DNA from: Candidatus Dojkabacteria bacterium
Lineage (GTDB): Bacteria; Patescibacteriota; Dojkabacteria; SC72
DNA length: 24,000 nucleotides
Reading direction: 5' to 3'
NCBI GenBank assembly: GCA_012800885.1
Contig: JAAZIL010000047.1
Span: 5,887 to 29,886 of the forward strand
Shown: piece by piece, positions 23,527-24,000 of the stretch
How positions within the stretch are numbered: the stretch's first letter is position 1
Layout of the letters: each line of letters begins with the position of its first letter
Translations under genes and position numbers: made by a program
The notes under the pieces: model-generated
Databases searched by the model: none
What the model was told of the DNA's origin: nothing
What the model saw: the letters and a program-made list of their open reading frames with translations, nothing else

Positions 23527-23599
23527 AGCGAGAGACGGGGCTCGAACCCGCAACCTTCTCCTTGGGAAGGAGACATTCTACCAGTTGAACTACTCTCGC
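23527..23599 (-). tRNA. tRNA-Gly (anticodon CCC)
   Basis: GCGAGAG-TA-GTTC-AACTGGTA-GAAT-G-TCTCC-TTCCCAA-GGAGA-AGGTT-GCGGG-TTCGAGC-CCCGT-CTCTCGC-T. The acceptor and T stems are identical to tRNA-Gly(GCC) at 8582. No CCA is encoded. Confidence 0.92.
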
Positions 23600-23640
23600 G
23601 ATTGAGAGATTCTAATACTTAAAAGAGAATAATACAATAT

Positions 23641-24000
23641 TTAGACAATAGCATCTCTTATCTCTTCCCAATCGTTTTGAAGCTGTTTACCAATCCTTTT
23701 TGCAGTGTCTTCAGCAACATCTTTGTCTTTCTTTATTTCATCAACTACATTAGCAACAAGTTTCTTGTAAACTTCAAAATCTATTTTCTTTCCAGCAGCT
23801 TTTAGATCTTTAACTTTCTTCTGTAATTTCTTTTTTGAAGTTGCATACAGTGTTTGTGCTTTATCTAAAATCTCTTCTGACAACTTCTTAATATCTTCTC
23901 TTGTCTCTTCTCCTGATTGAGGGGCAAGTAAGATACCAGCTGTTGCTCCAATTACAGCTCCAAGAACTAATCCTTTAAGAAATTCTCCTTCACGACTCAT
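23641..24000 (-). CDS. YtxH-domain protein (small membrane-associated stress-type protein)
   Basis: 119 aa. The ATG occupies the last three bases of the window. The N-terminal YtxH signature is FLKGLVLGAVIGATAGILLAPQSGEETREDIK, followed by a K/E-rich helical region. Confidence 0.7.
   Translation of the reverse strand: MSREGEFLKGLVLGAVIGATAGILLAPQSGEETREDIKKLSEEILDKAQTLYATSKKKLQKKVKDLKAAGKKIDFEVYKKLVANVVDEIKKDKDVAEDTAKRIGKQLQNDWEEIRDAIV

Noticed and set aside
1-24000. Frequent (AG)n/(TC)n runs such as TCTCTCTCTC and AGAGAGAGAG, considered as repeats or CRISPR-like structure
   Set aside because: They are short (8-12 nt), irregularly spaced and all inside coding sequence. They are explained by heavy use of AGA, GAG, TCT and CTC codons, and they show no repeat-spacer periodicity.

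Overview
This is an AT-rich, very gene-dense bacterial chromosome segment. Many junctions are 0-40 nt or overlap, and both co-directional and convergent genes overlap. TAA, TAG and one TGA serve as stops and an intact RF2 gene is present, so the standard bacterial code fits. The content is almost entirely core housekeeping. On the minus strand are ftsE-ftsX-(coiled-coil M23 peptidase) followed by a SurA-like chaperone, then prfB. gpmI and uppP converge. A cohesin-like surface protein, tRNA-Phe, tRNA-Gly(GCC) and a DedA protein follow. Next come a division cluster ftsQ-ftsA-ftsZ-DUF167-ftsW and the block rplU-(Trm11/RlmL-like methyltransferase)-rpmA-rlmB. On the minus strand again are parB, parA, lepB, tRNA-Glu, a small Zn-ribbon ORF and tRNA-Leu. 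The window ends with a transglutaminase/NAT-like Cys-His-Asp protein, gatB with an unlisted 52-codon gatC-like ORF, a Fic-like protein with a degenerate active-site motif plus wHTH, tRNA-Thr, tRNA-Gly(CCC) and a YtxH-like protein. I found no rRNA, CRISPR array, transposase, integrase, phage genes or recognisable defence island. The compaction, the cohesin-like protein and the lack of Shine-Dalgarno motifs suggest a small-genome uncultivated lineage such as Patescibacteria/CPR, but that is inference only. I see no clear new multi-gene system. The items most worth a second look are single-gene architectural oddities. They are a circularly permuted M23 domain in the FtsEX-linked hydrolase, a ~93-aa C-terminal extension on FtsE and a half-size GatC coupled to gatB. 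The others are a non-canonical methyltransferase sitting where Prp sits in other bacteria, next to an L27 with a diverged N-terminus, a pseudo-Fic regulator-like protein and an orphan papain-fold protein.
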